A stretch of 64,000 nt of DNA, taken from the IMG/VR virus record IMGVR_UViG_3300027801_000011, positions 51,310 through 115,309 of that record; one strand, 5' to 3'. This DNA comes from a virus. The translations under genes and the position numbers were made by a program. Below are positions 55,648 to 64,000 of this stretch, one piece after another (position 1 is the stretch's first letter; every line of letters begins with the position of its first letter). The notes under the pieces are model-generated. The model was not told where the DNA came from and made no database searches. It saw only the letters and a program-made list of their open reading frames with translations.

Positions 55648-57357
55648 ATGGCAGAGTTATTCGGATATAGTATAAAGAAAACCAAAGATCAGGCGTTGGG
55701 TAAAGATGAGAAATCATTTGTATCCCCAACGTCTGACGATGGTGCTGTAGAGGTTGCCGGTGGCGGCTTCTTTGGACAAGTATTAAACACTGACGGAAGA
55801 GAAAAAACTGAGATTGATCTCATCAAGCGGTATCGTGACATTTCCCAGCAGGGAGAGTGCGATACTGCTGTTGAGGACATCATCAATGAAGGTATTGTGG
55901 CCAATCAAGAAGATGTGCCCGTACATATTTCATTAGACAGAATTCCTTATTCAGATAAAATCAGACGCAAAATTAGAGATGAATTTGACGAAGTATTACG
56001 TTTACTTGATTTCGGAGTCAAGGGGCATGATGTTTTCCGTAGATGGTACGTAGATGGGCGCCTTTTCTATCACAAGGTTATTGATACGAAAGACCCTCGC
56101 AAGGGCATCACAGAATTACGTATGATTGATCCCACACGGATCAAAAAAGTACGAGAAGTAAAAAAGAGTCCAGACCCTAAGACGGGCGTTGAAATGGTAC
56201 GTTCTATCGAAGAGTATTTTGTATTCAATGATAAAGGTATTGAGAAAGCTGGTCTAGCAGGCTCTGGCGCCAACCAAGGAATTAAGATAGCATCAGATTC
56301 TATCACTTATGTTCCTTCTGGTCTAGTTAATCAAAACACAGGAATGGTAATGTCTTATCTACATAAGGCAATCAAACCTGTTAATCAGTTGCGTATGATT
56401 GAAGATTCATTAGTTATCTATCGTATCTCACGTGCGCCTGAGAGACGTATCTTCTATATTGACGTTGGTAATCTACCAAAGGTTAAAGCAGAACAGTATC
56501 TTAAAGACGTTATGAACAGGTATCGTAACAAAATGGTATATGATGCATCTACTGGAGAAATCCGTGATGATCGTAATCATATGTCTATGTTGGAAGATTT
56601 TTGGTTGCCACGGCGTGAAGGTGGTAGAGGTACAGAAATTACAACTTTGCCAGGCGGTTCTAATCTTGGAGAGATTGATGACATTACCTACTTTCAGAGA
56701 AAATTATATCGTTCACTTAACGTGCCGATTTCAAGACTTGAATCCGAAAGCGGTTTCTCTCTCGGCCGATCAACTGAGATCACTAGGGATGAACTTAAAT
56801 TCACTAAGTTTGTACAGAGAATACGGAAGAAATTCACTCCCCTATTCACTGACATACTCAAGACCCAACTACTTCTCAAAGGCATTATAGCTCAAGAGGA
56901 TTGGAAAGCTCTTCAAGAACACATTTCATATGATTTCCTAGAGGATGGTCATTTTGCCGCTCTTAAAGAATCAGAGTTACTTGAAGATCGTATTAATCAG
57001 TTGGGTACTATTGAACCTTATATCGGTACATTCTTCAGTAAAGAGTTTGTTCTGAAGAAGGTATTACATCTTAATGATTCCGAAATTCAAACAATGCGGG
57101 ATCAGATTAAGAAAGAGACAGAAACCGATCCAATGGATGGTGGAATTATTCTACCGCCAGGTGGTGACGGTATTCAACGTATTCCTGTTGATCCAATGGG
57201 AATGCCAATTGATCCGAAAATGCCTGCCGATGATAGGGCTAAGGCTGCAATGGGACTTGACCCATCAGCACCGTCTGTAACACCAACCGTTAAACAACCA
57301 GCGCCGGGTGCTGCTGGATCAGCTACTGACACACCGAACGCTTCTGGTGACAAGTAA
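55648..57357 (+). CDS. gp20: Portal protein gp20
   Basis: FRRWYVDGR, SYLHKAIKPVNQLRMIEDSLVIYRISRAPERRIFYIDVGNLPK, EDFWLPRREGGRGTEI; ACTAAATA at 55621. Confidence 0.97.
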   Translation: MAELFGYSIKKTKDQALGKDEKSFVSPTSDDGAVEVAGGGFFGQVLNTDGREKTEIDLIKRYRDISQQGECDTAVEDIINEGIVANQEDVPVHISLDRIPYSDKIRRKIRDEFDEVLRLLDFGVKGHDVFRRWYVDGRLFYHKVIDTKDPRKGITELRMIDPTRIKKVREVKKSPDPKTGVEMVRSIEEYFVFNDKGIEKAGLAGSGANQGIKIASDSITYVPSGLVNQNTGMVMSYLHKAIKPVNQLRMIEDSLVIYRISRAPERRIFYIDVGNLPKVKAEQYLKDVMNRYRNKMVYDASTGEIRDDRNHMSMLEDFWLPRREGGRGTEITTLPGGSNLGEIDDITYFQRKLYRSLNVPISRLESESGFSLGRSTEITRDELKFTKFVQRIRKKFTPLFTDILKTQLLLKGIIAQEDWKALQEHISYDFLEDGHFAALKESELLEDRINQLGTIEPYIGTFFSKEFVLKKVLHLNDSEIQTMRDQIKKETETDPMDGGIILPPGGDGIQRIPVDPMGMPIDPKMPADDRAKAAMGLDPSAPSVTPTVKQPAPGAAGSATDTPNASGDK

Positions 57358-57379
57358 TTAATTATTAAAGGAGAATAAA

Positions 57380-57547
57380 ATGAGTAGAGAATTTGTAGAT
57401 GCCACAATGAATGGTGATAACTCTAAAGCAGAAGATGATTTCAAAACATCTATTGCAGCTAAAGTTGGTGAAGTACTTGAACTTAAACGTCGAGAATTGG
57501 CCAAGAGTTTTGTAGGTACGCACGAAAAGGCGGAAAACGATGCTTAA
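57380..57547 (+). CDS. Prohead core protein gp67-like (55 aa, below the ORF-track cutoff)
   Basis: AAGGAG RBS; MSREFVDATMNGDNSKAEDDFKTSIAAKVGEVLELKRRELAKSFVG...; sits in the gp67 position after gp20. Confidence 0.7.
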   Translation: MSREFVDATMNGDNSKAEDDFKTSIAAKVGEVLELKRRELAKSFVGTHEKAENDA

Positions 57548-57788
57548 TTTCGTAGAGATTTACGAAGAAACCGTTGTGGAAAAGGACGAACATAAGAAAT
57601 CCAAAGCGTATAAGGGATTATCTCCTAAGATGCGGAGTGCTGTCGATGATATTTTCAAAAAAATGGAAGCTAAGCCGACAGATTTCCTAAATAGCTTTGA
57701 AAAAACAATTAAAGACGTTTCTAAGAAACATAATGTAATGAATAAGGATGTTATGAATTACTTTGAGAAAGAAATGTTAACGATCTAG
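57540..57788 (+). CDS. Hypothetical head-cluster protein
   Basis: 82-aa ORF overlapping the previous gene. Confidence 0.7.
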   Translation: MLNFVEIYEETVVEKDEHKKSKAYKGLSPKMRSAVDDIFKKMEAKPTDFLNSFEKTIKDVSKKHNVMNKDVMNYFEKEMLTI

Positions 57789-57799
57789 GAGAAGACTAA

Positions 57800-58168
57800 A
57801 TGGCGTTAGTTCTACAGACAATTAGTGACAGTGATTTTGAACACACAGTAAAAGTCACCACTACGGGTACGACCAGTACAACTGTTATTGCAGATGTCTC
57901 TGAACTCAAAGGCGATGCTACTAACCCACGTGTTTCAATTGTAGGCGTTACATGGTCAGTCGGGTCTGTTACCAATATTGAGTGGAACGCCGATTCAAAT
58001 GTCGTTGCACTATCTTTAACTGGAAACGGTTCTTGGACAAATATATCTATACCTAATAATGCCGGCACTGGAGTTAACGGTGATGTTCACCTTTCAACCG
58101 CTGGGGCTTCTGTTGGAACTGTTATACTACACCTTAGAAAAGTATCTGGATGGGATAATATCGTATAA
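57800..58168 (+). CDS. Hypothetical beta-rich putative virion protein
   Basis: AGGAG RBS; Thr/Val/Gly-rich; IPNNAGTGVNGDV. Confidence 0.7.
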   Translation: MALVLQTISDSDFEHTVKVTTTGTTSTTVIADVSELKGDATNPRVSIVGVTWSVGSVTNIEWNADSNVVALSLTGNGSWTNISIPNNAGTGVNGDVHLSTAGASVGTVILHLRKVSGWDNIV

Positions 58169-58860
58169 TGCTTAACGCACACACACATACAGAAATAGAT
58201 AAGGCAGTTATTCGCAGCCAACATACTCAGCGAAACTGGGATTTGAATCAAAACATTCCGAAGGCTGATATTAAGACACTACTACATGCAGTAACTAATT
58301 GTCCTAGTAAACAAAATATTGCATTTTACAAGGTACACTTTATTCAAGACCGTGACATAATTGAAGAAATTCATGAGAACACTTACGGTTTCGGAACAAC
58401 TAAAGGCCGAAAAGGTGCTGATTATGACGCTAGTGAGGTTCGTGAGACGGAGACAAATCCGCAGACCCTAGCTAATTTATTGGTGATTTTTGAAGACTAT
58501 AATTATTTAAACCACTTAGAAGGTGACATTCACAGAAATCAGGCAACTAGAGAGTATGTAATGAATGGTAAGTTGAGTGATGACCGACAGGCTGAACTTG
58601 ACAGAGATAAACAGATTGCAGTAGGTATTGCTTCTGGGTATCTTAACTTAACTGCTTCTTTGATGGGATACAAGACAGGGTGCTGTCAGTGTATGGATCA
58701 AAAGGCAATACAAAATATTGCTTTACTGGAAGAGAAACCCATTCTGTTGATGGGCGTAGGATTTCCCCAAAAGGGTGTAAGTCGGCGTCAACATCACGTA
58801 AGGGATTTCAATTTCGTAACAAAGAAAAAACAACCTATCAAATATAAGATATGGGATTGA
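58168..58860 (+). CDS. Nitroreductase-family FMN protein
   Basis: RSQHTQRNWD, L.HAVTNCPSKQN, AVGIASGYLNLTASLMGYKTGCC, LLMGVGFP. Confidence 0.85.
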   Translation: MLNAHTHTEIDKAVIRSQHTQRNWDLNQNIPKADIKTLLHAVTNCPSKQNIAFYKVHFIQDRDIIEEIHENTYGFGTTKGRKGADYDASEVRETETNPQTLANLLVIFEDYNYLNHLEGDIHRNQATREYVMNGKLSDDRQAELDRDKQIAVGIASGYLNLTASLMGYKTGCCQCMDQKAIQNIALLEEKPILLMGVGFPQKGVSRRQHHVRDFNFVTKKKQPIKYKIWD

Positions 58861-58876
58861 ACTTAGGAAGAGTGCT

Positions 58877-59533
58877 ATGGAAAACGTAAAATTATTTTCT
58901 GAACAAGTCGAAGAAGTAGAATACATTACCGAAGCCAATGACAGCGGCGGTAAGAACTACAAGATTCGGGGCATTTTTCTACAGGCGGACATTAAAAACC
59001 GTAACGGACGTATATATCCAATGGAAGTTCTTGAAAAAGAAGTCGGTAAGTATAATAAAAACTTTATCGGCGAGAAAAGGGCATATGGGGAGCTCGGACA
59101 CCCAGACGGCCCAACAGTGAATTTAGAAAGAGTTTCACACCTAACTACAAGCTTAGAGCGAGATGGAAAGAATTTCATAGGGGAGGCGAAGATTATGAAG
59201 ACCCCTATGGGAGAAATTGTGAAATCCCTTATGGATGAGGGATGTAAATTAGGTGTATCGAGTCGAGGGATGGGAAGTTTAGTTTCAAAGGGCGGTGCTA
59301 ATTACGTCAAGGATGATTTTTACCTTGCTACTGCTGCTGATATTGTTGCTGATCCTTCCGCACCAAATGCCTTTGTTGAAGGTGTTATGGAAGGAAAAGA
59401 GTGGGTATGGCAGAATGGCGCACTAATTGAATCTCATCTTATCGAATTAAAGCAGAAATTCGATGTAAAACAGCGGAATCGTAACGCAAACGTGGAGGCT
59501 TTGGAGTTTGCAAAGTTTCTTAAAAGACTATAA
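58877..59533 (+). CDS. gp21: Prohead protease gp21
   Basis: KNRNGRIYP, GELGHP, NLERVSH, LGVSSRGMGS, DIVADPSAP.AFV. Confidence 0.97.
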   Translation: MENVKLFSEQVEEVEYITEANDSGGKNYKIRGIFLQADIKNRNGRIYPMEVLEKEVGKYNKNFIGEKRAYGELGHPDGPTVNLERVSHLTTSLERDGKNFIGEAKIMKTPMGEIVKSLMDEGCKLGVSSRGMGSLVSKGGANYVKDDFYLATAADIVADPSAPNAFVEGVMEGKEWVWQNGALIESHLIELKQKFDVKQRNRNANVEALEFAKFLKRL

Positions 59534-59535
59534 TT

Positions 59536-59543
59536 TATAAATA
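59536..59543 (+). promoter_or_regulatory. T4 late promoter
   Basis: TATAAATA upstream of gp22-gp23. Confidence 0.85.
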
Positions 59544-59570
59544 AATATTACAAAGAGAAGGAGACATCCT

Positions 59571-60929
59571 ATGTCCGACGAAATTGAACAAACCATTGAG
59601 GAACTTGAAGCGGAAGTCCTTGCAGAACTAGAGGAAGCATCAGAAAAACCTCTGGGTAAAGCAATTGACTTAGGCCTAGGTTCTAATAATGCTGACGAAA
59701 CAGTCAGTAACGCTAAGAAACCAGCACCGAAAGCTGCTGGTGCCGACAACGCAGAGTCAGTTGAGGGCGAGAAAGCTCAAGACCTCGGCGGTGCGAAACC
59801 AGAAGCTAGTGTAGAAAAAGGCGCTGACGAAGACCGATCTGAGAAAGAGATTGGTAAGAAGGCATCTGCTAAAGCTTCCGCAACGAAAGACGCCCAGAAT
59901 AAGGGTGCAAAACAGGAGCCTAAAGTGAAACAAGGAAGTTCAGGCGAAGCTACGCCAGGCGAAAGCCAGAAACTTGCAGCGTCTCATGTTCCCGAAGGAG
60001 ACGAGGTTCTTGAAGAAGCACCAAAACTTACTAAGGCGCAACACATTGAGAACATTGCAAAGATGAAGAAAGGCGACATCGAAGAGATGCTTGCTGCTCA
60101 TACATCTAAACTTGCTGAAGCAGACAATGCAGAGTCCGAAGAGGAACTTGCTAAACTTAAAGCTGCTAAGGAAGAGATTGAAGAAAAAATTAAAAATATC
60201 AATGTCAAAGAAGATGTTGATGCACTTGTTGACGGGGAAGACCTGTCAGAAGAGTTTAAAGCAAAAGCTGCAACTATCTTTGAGGCCGCTGTCAAATCAA
60301 AAATTCGCTCAGAAGTAGAACGTATTGTTGAAGAGTCAGCTTCTCAAAAGGATGCAGAGGTAGATACCTTTAAGGAAGAAATGACTGACAAGGTTGATAC
60401 ATATCTAAATTACGTAGTGGAAGAATGGACGAAGGAAAATGAGTTGGCAATCGAACGTGGCCTAAAGGGCGAGATTGCAGAAGACTTTATTTCTGGACTG
60501 AAACAGTTATTTGAAGACCATTACATCGATGTGCCTGATGAGAAATATGACGTTCTCGAAGCACAGAGTGAAAAGATTTCTGAACTAGAAAGTCGTTTGA
60601 ATGAGGAGATTGAAAAGAATGTTCAGTCTTCCACGAAGACTAACGATCTAGTTCGTGAAAGTGTCATTTCTGAAGTTTCCGTGGATTTGGCAGATACCGA
60701 AATTGAAAAGTTTAAGTCCCTTACCGCTGATGTTGAGTTTACTAGTGAAGAGGCTTTCAAAGAGAAACTTAATACTCTCAAAGAAAGTTATTTCCCTAAA
60801 CAGGATCAGGCAAGTGACGTAACTACTCTAAATTATGAGGAAGAAAGCACCGCTCAGGACATTGATACGACAGATAGTATGCGTAAGTATATGTCTGCTA
60901 TCAGTCGTGATCAAAAGGCGAGTGCATAA
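59571..60929 (+). CDS. gp22: Prohead scaffold protein gp22 (long N-terminal extension)
   Basis: LSEEFKAKAATIFEAAV, VDTYLNYVVEEW..ENELAIE.G, LFEDHYIDVPDEK.DV, LKESYF. Confidence 0.95.
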   Translation: MSDEIEQTIEELEAEVLAELEEASEKPLGKAIDLGLGSNNADETVSNAKKPAPKAAGADNAESVEGEKAQDLGGAKPEASVEKGADEDRSEKEIGKKASAKASATKDAQNKGAKQEPKVKQGSSGEATPGESQKLAASHVPEGDEVLEEAPKLTKAQHIENIAKMKKGDIEEMLAAHTSKLAEADNAESEEELAKLKAAKEEIEEKIKNINVKEDVDALVDGEDLSEEFKAKAATIFEAAVKSKIRSEVERIVEESASQKDAEVDTFKEEMTDKVDTYLNYVVEEWTKENELAIERGLKGEIAEDFISGLKQLFEDHYIDVPDEKYDVLEAQSEKISELESRLNEEIEKNVQSSTKTNDLVRESVISEVSVDLADTEIEKFKSLTADVEFTSEEAFKEKLNTLKESYFPKQDQASDVTTLNYEEESTAQDIDTTDSMRKYMSAISRDQKASA

Positions 60930-60965
60930 TATTATTATAACAGATGTAAAATAAAGGAGAAACTA

Positions 60966-62306
60966 ATGTTTCAGACAGAACATCTTCAAGAAAAGTGGCA
61001 GCCAGTCCTAGAACACCCCGATCTTCCAAAGATTGAGGATTCTTACAAGCGTGCTGTTACTACTCTAATTCTAGAGAACCAAGAAAAGGCTATGCGAGAG
61101 GACGCTTCGTACCTCTCAGAAACTGCTCCTGTTAACGCCATGTCTGGCGGACAGATGGACACTTGGGATCCAATTTTGATCTCTTTGGTTCGTCGTGCAA
61201 TGCCAAACCTAATCGCTTATGACGTTTGTGGTGTACAGCCAATGACGGGCCCAACTGGTCTGATCTTTGCTATGCGTTCTTCGTTCATCTCACAAGATGG
61301 CGCAGAAGCACTCGTTGATGAGTCAATGCCCGATATCTCTAACCAAAATGCTGCCGGTACTATCGGTGGTGGTGATGTTGGTGCTACAGAAACTAACCCT
61401 GCTGTTCTTAATGACAGTCCTTCTGCTGGTACGTATGTAAGTGCTACTGGTATGACGACTGCTCAGGCTGAAGCACTGGGTGATTCTGGTGCAAATGCTT
61501 TCGGTCAGATGGCCTTCAGCATCGAGAAGTCCACGGTTACTGCTGTTACACGTGCCCTTAAAGCCGAGTACACAATGGAACTTGCACAGGATTTGAAAGC
61601 AATTCATGGTCTAGACGCTGAAACTGAGTTGGCAAACATTTTGTCTTCTGAGATTCTTGCTGAAATCAACCGTGAAGTTGTTCGTTCGCTTTATGTTACT
61701 GCTGTTGCAGGCGCACAGGTTAATACGACAACTGCTGGTATCTTTGATCTTGACACCGACTCAAATGGTCGTTGGTCAGTTGAGAAGTTTAAAGGTCTTA
61801 TGTTCGCTATCGAACGTGATGCCAATGCGATTGGTCAACAGACTCGTCGTGGTAAGGGTAACATGTTGATTGTATCTGCTGACGTTGCAAGTGCATTGAA
61901 CATGGCTGGTGTACTAGATTACACTCCTGCTCTTAATAACAACTTGAATGTAGATGATACGTCTACTACGTTCGCTGGTGTTATGAATGGTCGTTTCAAG
62001 GTTTATGTTGATCCGTATTCTGCCAATGTTGCTGCTAGTCAGTATTATGTTTGTGGTTACAAAGGTTCTTCGCCTTATGACGCTGGTTTCTTCTACTGCC
62101 CTTACGTGCCTCTTCAGATGGTTCGTGCGGTTGGTGAAAATTCCTTCCAACCTAAGATTGGTTTTAAGACTCGTTATGGTCTTGCTGCTAATCCTTTCGC
62201 AGGCGCTGGTGCAGTTGCTGCTGGTGATACCGTTAATGCTAACGCATCACTTGACGCAAATACCAATGCTTGGTATCGTCGAGTTAAAGTTACTAACCTT
62301 ATGTAA
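60966..62306 (+). CDS. gp23: Major capsid protein gp23
   Basis: DPILISLVRRAMPNLIAYDVCGVQPMTGPTGLIFAMRS, ELAQDLKAIHGLDAE, FQPKIGFKTRYG. Confidence 0.98.
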   Translation: MFQTEHLQEKWQPVLEHPDLPKIEDSYKRAVTTLILENQEKAMREDASYLSETAPVNAMSGGQMDTWDPILISLVRRAMPNLIAYDVCGVQPMTGPTGLIFAMRSSFISQDGAEALVDESMPDISNQNAAGTIGGGDVGATETNPAVLNDSPSAGTYVSATGMTTAQAEALGDSGANAFGQMAFSIEKSTVTAVTRALKAEYTMELAQDLKAIHGLDAETELANILSSEILAEINREVVRSLYVTAVAGAQVNTTTAGIFDLDTDSNGRWSVEKFKGLMFAIERDANAIGQQTRRGKGNMLIVSADVASALNMAGVLDYTPALNNNLNVDDTSTTFAGVMNGRFKVYVDPYSANVAASQYYVCGYKGSSPYDAGFFYCPYVPLQMVRAVGENSFQPKIGFKTRYGLAANPFAGAGAVAAGDTVNANASLDANTNAWYRRVKVTNLM

Positions 62307-62329
62307 AATAGGGAAGTCCTACTTTAGAA

Positions 62330-62674
62330 CTAGGGAGTGCCTTCGGGCGCTCCCTTTTTTTTGTCCCAAATGGTAAAACCGAATGTGGCACATGATGCTT
62401 CTTCATGTCTGTCAAATGTATAAATTTCACACTCCTTAGCAATCAAGAAGTCTAAGTATTCTTCCTCGTTCATACAAATTTTATCACCATCAAGAAGACG
62501 AAACATCTGGCAATCCTTACCAGAGATGTCACTTGCTATGTGATCAGTTGAAGTTTTTCCTGTCTGTGTCCACAGTACCGCATCAACAGCAGTTTTTCCT
62601 GCTGTTATGTACCACGGCAAACCACACCCAGTGAGTACTAAAAGGGTTAGTGACATAGTAATGATGAGGGGCAT
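62330..62674 (-). CDS. Putative lipoprotein
   Basis: Hydrophobic leader with lipobox LTGC; TGKTSTDHIASDISGKDC..R and four further Cys. Confidence 0.7.
   Translation of the reverse strand: MPLIITMSLTLLVLTGCGLPWYITAGKTAVDAVLWTQTGKTSTDHIASDISGKDCQMFRLLDGDKICMNEEEYLDFLIAKECEIYTFDRHEEASCATFGFTIWDKKKGAPEGTP
62332..62362 (+). terminator. Rho-independent terminator with a C(UUCG)G tetraloop
   Basis: AGGGAGTGCC-TTCG-GGCGCTCCCT followed by a T run, after gp23. Confidence 0.92.
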
Positions 62675-62681
62675 ATGATAT

Positions 62682-62697
62682 TATTTAGGCCTAAATA
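62682..62697. promoter_or_regulatory. Perfect 16-bp palindrome = back-to-back CCTAAATA late-type promoters
   Basis: TATTTAGGCCTAAATA lies between divergent ATGs 62674(-) and 62703(+). Confidence 0.65.
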
Positions 62698-62702
62698 TTT
62701 GT

Positions 62703-62786
62703 ATGAGGTGGATATGTAGAATCTATAAGATATGGAAGAAGAAACGTGAAATTAAAAAACGTGATCCGTTTATATATGGTGGTTAA
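62703..62786 (+). CDS. 27-aa basic microprotein ending in DPFIYGG
   Basis: Manual translation MRWICRIYKIWKKKREIKKRDPFIYGG; ATG is 5 nt after CCTAAATA and the stop abuts the next ATG. Confidence 0.6.
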   Translation: MRWICRIYKIWKKKREIKKRDPFIYGG

Positions 62787-63512
62787 ATGTTAATTGAAGA
62801 TTTTGAGCATTGGAAGACTAAGAGCAACTATCGTAATGATTATGATGGCATGGACAGTCCAGACGCACCTTGGCCGCTAGGTCTAGGTTATCGACCACGG
62901 GGGTGGTGGAAAAATTATCCAATACAAGATTTTAATTATAAGTATAACTCTTGGGGTTTTAGAGGCCCAGAATATGAGCAGTACTTAGGTAAACAGGTCA
63001 ACATATGTTTGGGTGACAGTTTTACTGTTAATATTGGAGGGCCGATAGAACACAGTTGGCCAACTCAGTTAGGGAAACTCTTATGGGATTTCCCTATTCT
63101 CAATTTGGGTATGGATGGCGCTGGAAACGATGCTATACGAATTGTATACGATAGGGCATGTAAATTGTTCGACGTTCAAAATGCATTTGTAATGCACAGT
63201 TATTTTCACAGAAGGTTTGAAGATAATAAATTTATACATCATAGAAACTGTCTTACTACAGATTGGCAGAACACCAAGCACCTCATAGAATCTATGGATG
63301 GTATGGATGCCTTCTGTGGGTTTATTCCAGATTGGTGTTACTCATATGAAGAGATGCACGTGGTAGACAACTCGCCTCACATGGCATATCCACATAATAA
63401 AGAAGAGTGGGTTAATAGAGATTACCACCACATGAATAAGAAACTTAACAAGAAGGTTGCAGAGCACTATTTCAATGAATTATCTCGTACTGACGCCGGA
63501 CGGCGTAGGTAG
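62787..63512 (+). CDS. SGNH/GDSL hydrolase-like protein
   Basis: YKYNSWGFRGPE, CLGDSFT, NLGMDGAGN and RDYHH. Confidence 0.8.
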   Translation: MLIEDFEHWKTKSNYRNDYDGMDSPDAPWPLGLGYRPRGWWKNYPIQDFNYKYNSWGFRGPEYEQYLGKQVNICLGDSFTVNIGGPIEHSWPTQLGKLLWDFPILNLGMDGAGNDAIRIVYDRACKLFDVQNAFVMHSYFHRRFEDNKFIHHRNCLTTDWQNTKHLIESMDGMDAFCGFIPDWCYSYEEMHVVDNSPHMAYPHNKEEWVNRDYHHMNKKLNKKVAEHYFNELSRTDAGRRR

Positions 63513-64000
63513 TACTTATCTACAAAGGGCGATAACGGTTTACCTTAACGCCAACGGAGAAGATTACTACAACACACATGAACTTCTAAACGGGTTAGAG
63601 TTAGATTATAACAACAACCTGTATAAGAAGATGAAAGGATATTCTCAGTCTATAGAAGAGATTGTTGGAATGATCGAAAAAAATGAGGCTATGTTAGTTT
63701 CTAGACTCGCTCACTATCACGTTTTGGATAGACTTGCTGGAAAGGTGCCGAAACCACCAAAGGGAGTAATAAGTAGACCTATAGATATAGATATCTTAGA
63801 ACGAAATAGGAGTGAAAATTATGATCTTTTATATGACGCTTGTAACGATCATTATGGAACTATCTTATGTTGTACACGTGATCCATTTGAGTACGCTTTA
63901 AGCTGGGGGATAAGAGACTTCACTGGCGTGTTGAATTGTTTTTCTTTGAAAGAGAAAGCAGATACGGTGAACTTTCACATGCCAATTGATCTGGAGTTCT
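63475..64000 (+). CDS. Sulfotransferase-fold P-loop protein, runs off the window edge
   Basis: Not in the ORF track. Manual translation MNYLVLTPDGVGSTYLQRAIT...THEL...CCTRDPFEYALSW (3'-PB-like RxPxxxxxS). Confidence 0.6.
   Translation, partial: MNYLVLTPDGVGSTYLQRAITVYLNANGEDYYNTHELLNGLELDYNNNLYKKMKGYSQSIEEIVGMIEKNEAMLVSRLAHYHVLDRLAGKVPKPPKGVISRPIDIDILERNRSENYDLLYDACNDHYGTILCCTRDPFEYALSWGIRDFTGVLNCFSLKEKADTVNFHMPIDLEF

Noticed and set aside
57120-57357. Pro/Ala-rich portal tail (DPM/DPK units) and long gp22 N-terminus as novel domains
   Set aside because: Low-complexity extensions of this kind are common in T4-like gp20 and gp22, and there is no evidence of a distinct function.
4947-63281. 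Numerous 60-130 aa antisense or alternate-frame ORFs in the track
   Set aside because: They are nested within well-supported genes, have no RBS or promoter, and show the composition expected of shadow frames.
1-64000. Stop-codon reassignment
   Set aside because: Core genes are full-length in the standard code, and TAA, TAG and TGA all end genes at expected positions.

Overview
This window is part of a large T4-like (gp55/late-promoter) myophage genome. It resembles marine phages of heterotrophic proteobacteria; the host is inferred, not shown. It carries almost the whole virion morphogenesis module: gp5, PAAR gp5.4, gp25, gp6, a giant gp7, gp8, VrlC/DUF4815, a repeat-rich fibre, gp13-gp20, gp67-like, gp21, gp22 and gp23. 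The left end (about 500-1800) is a divergent control region with five near-consensus sigma70 promoters, phased CCCATA repeats and a structured non-coding transcript. The main point of interest is a dispersed set of about 25 tailoring enzymes and transport proteins threaded through the structural operons. These are a carbamoyltransferase, 3 SGNH proteins, 2 GT-A glycosyltransferases, a methyltransferase, an Asp/Asn beta-hydroxylase, a twitch radical SAM, 3 glutaminase-less asparagine-synthetase-like ligases, an APH-like kinase, 3 sulfotransferase-fold proteins, a GNAT, a nitroreductase, 3 further 2OG-Fe(II) oxygenases, a signal-peptide-less DctP and a minimal TAXI-TRAP transporter. Several sit behind late promoters. 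A small domain occurs both free and fused to the kinase, and acidic repeats are inserted in gp7 and gp14. Together these suggest an undescribed phage pathway that modifies virion proteins or the host surface. All family calls are from motif recognition by eye; no database searches were run.
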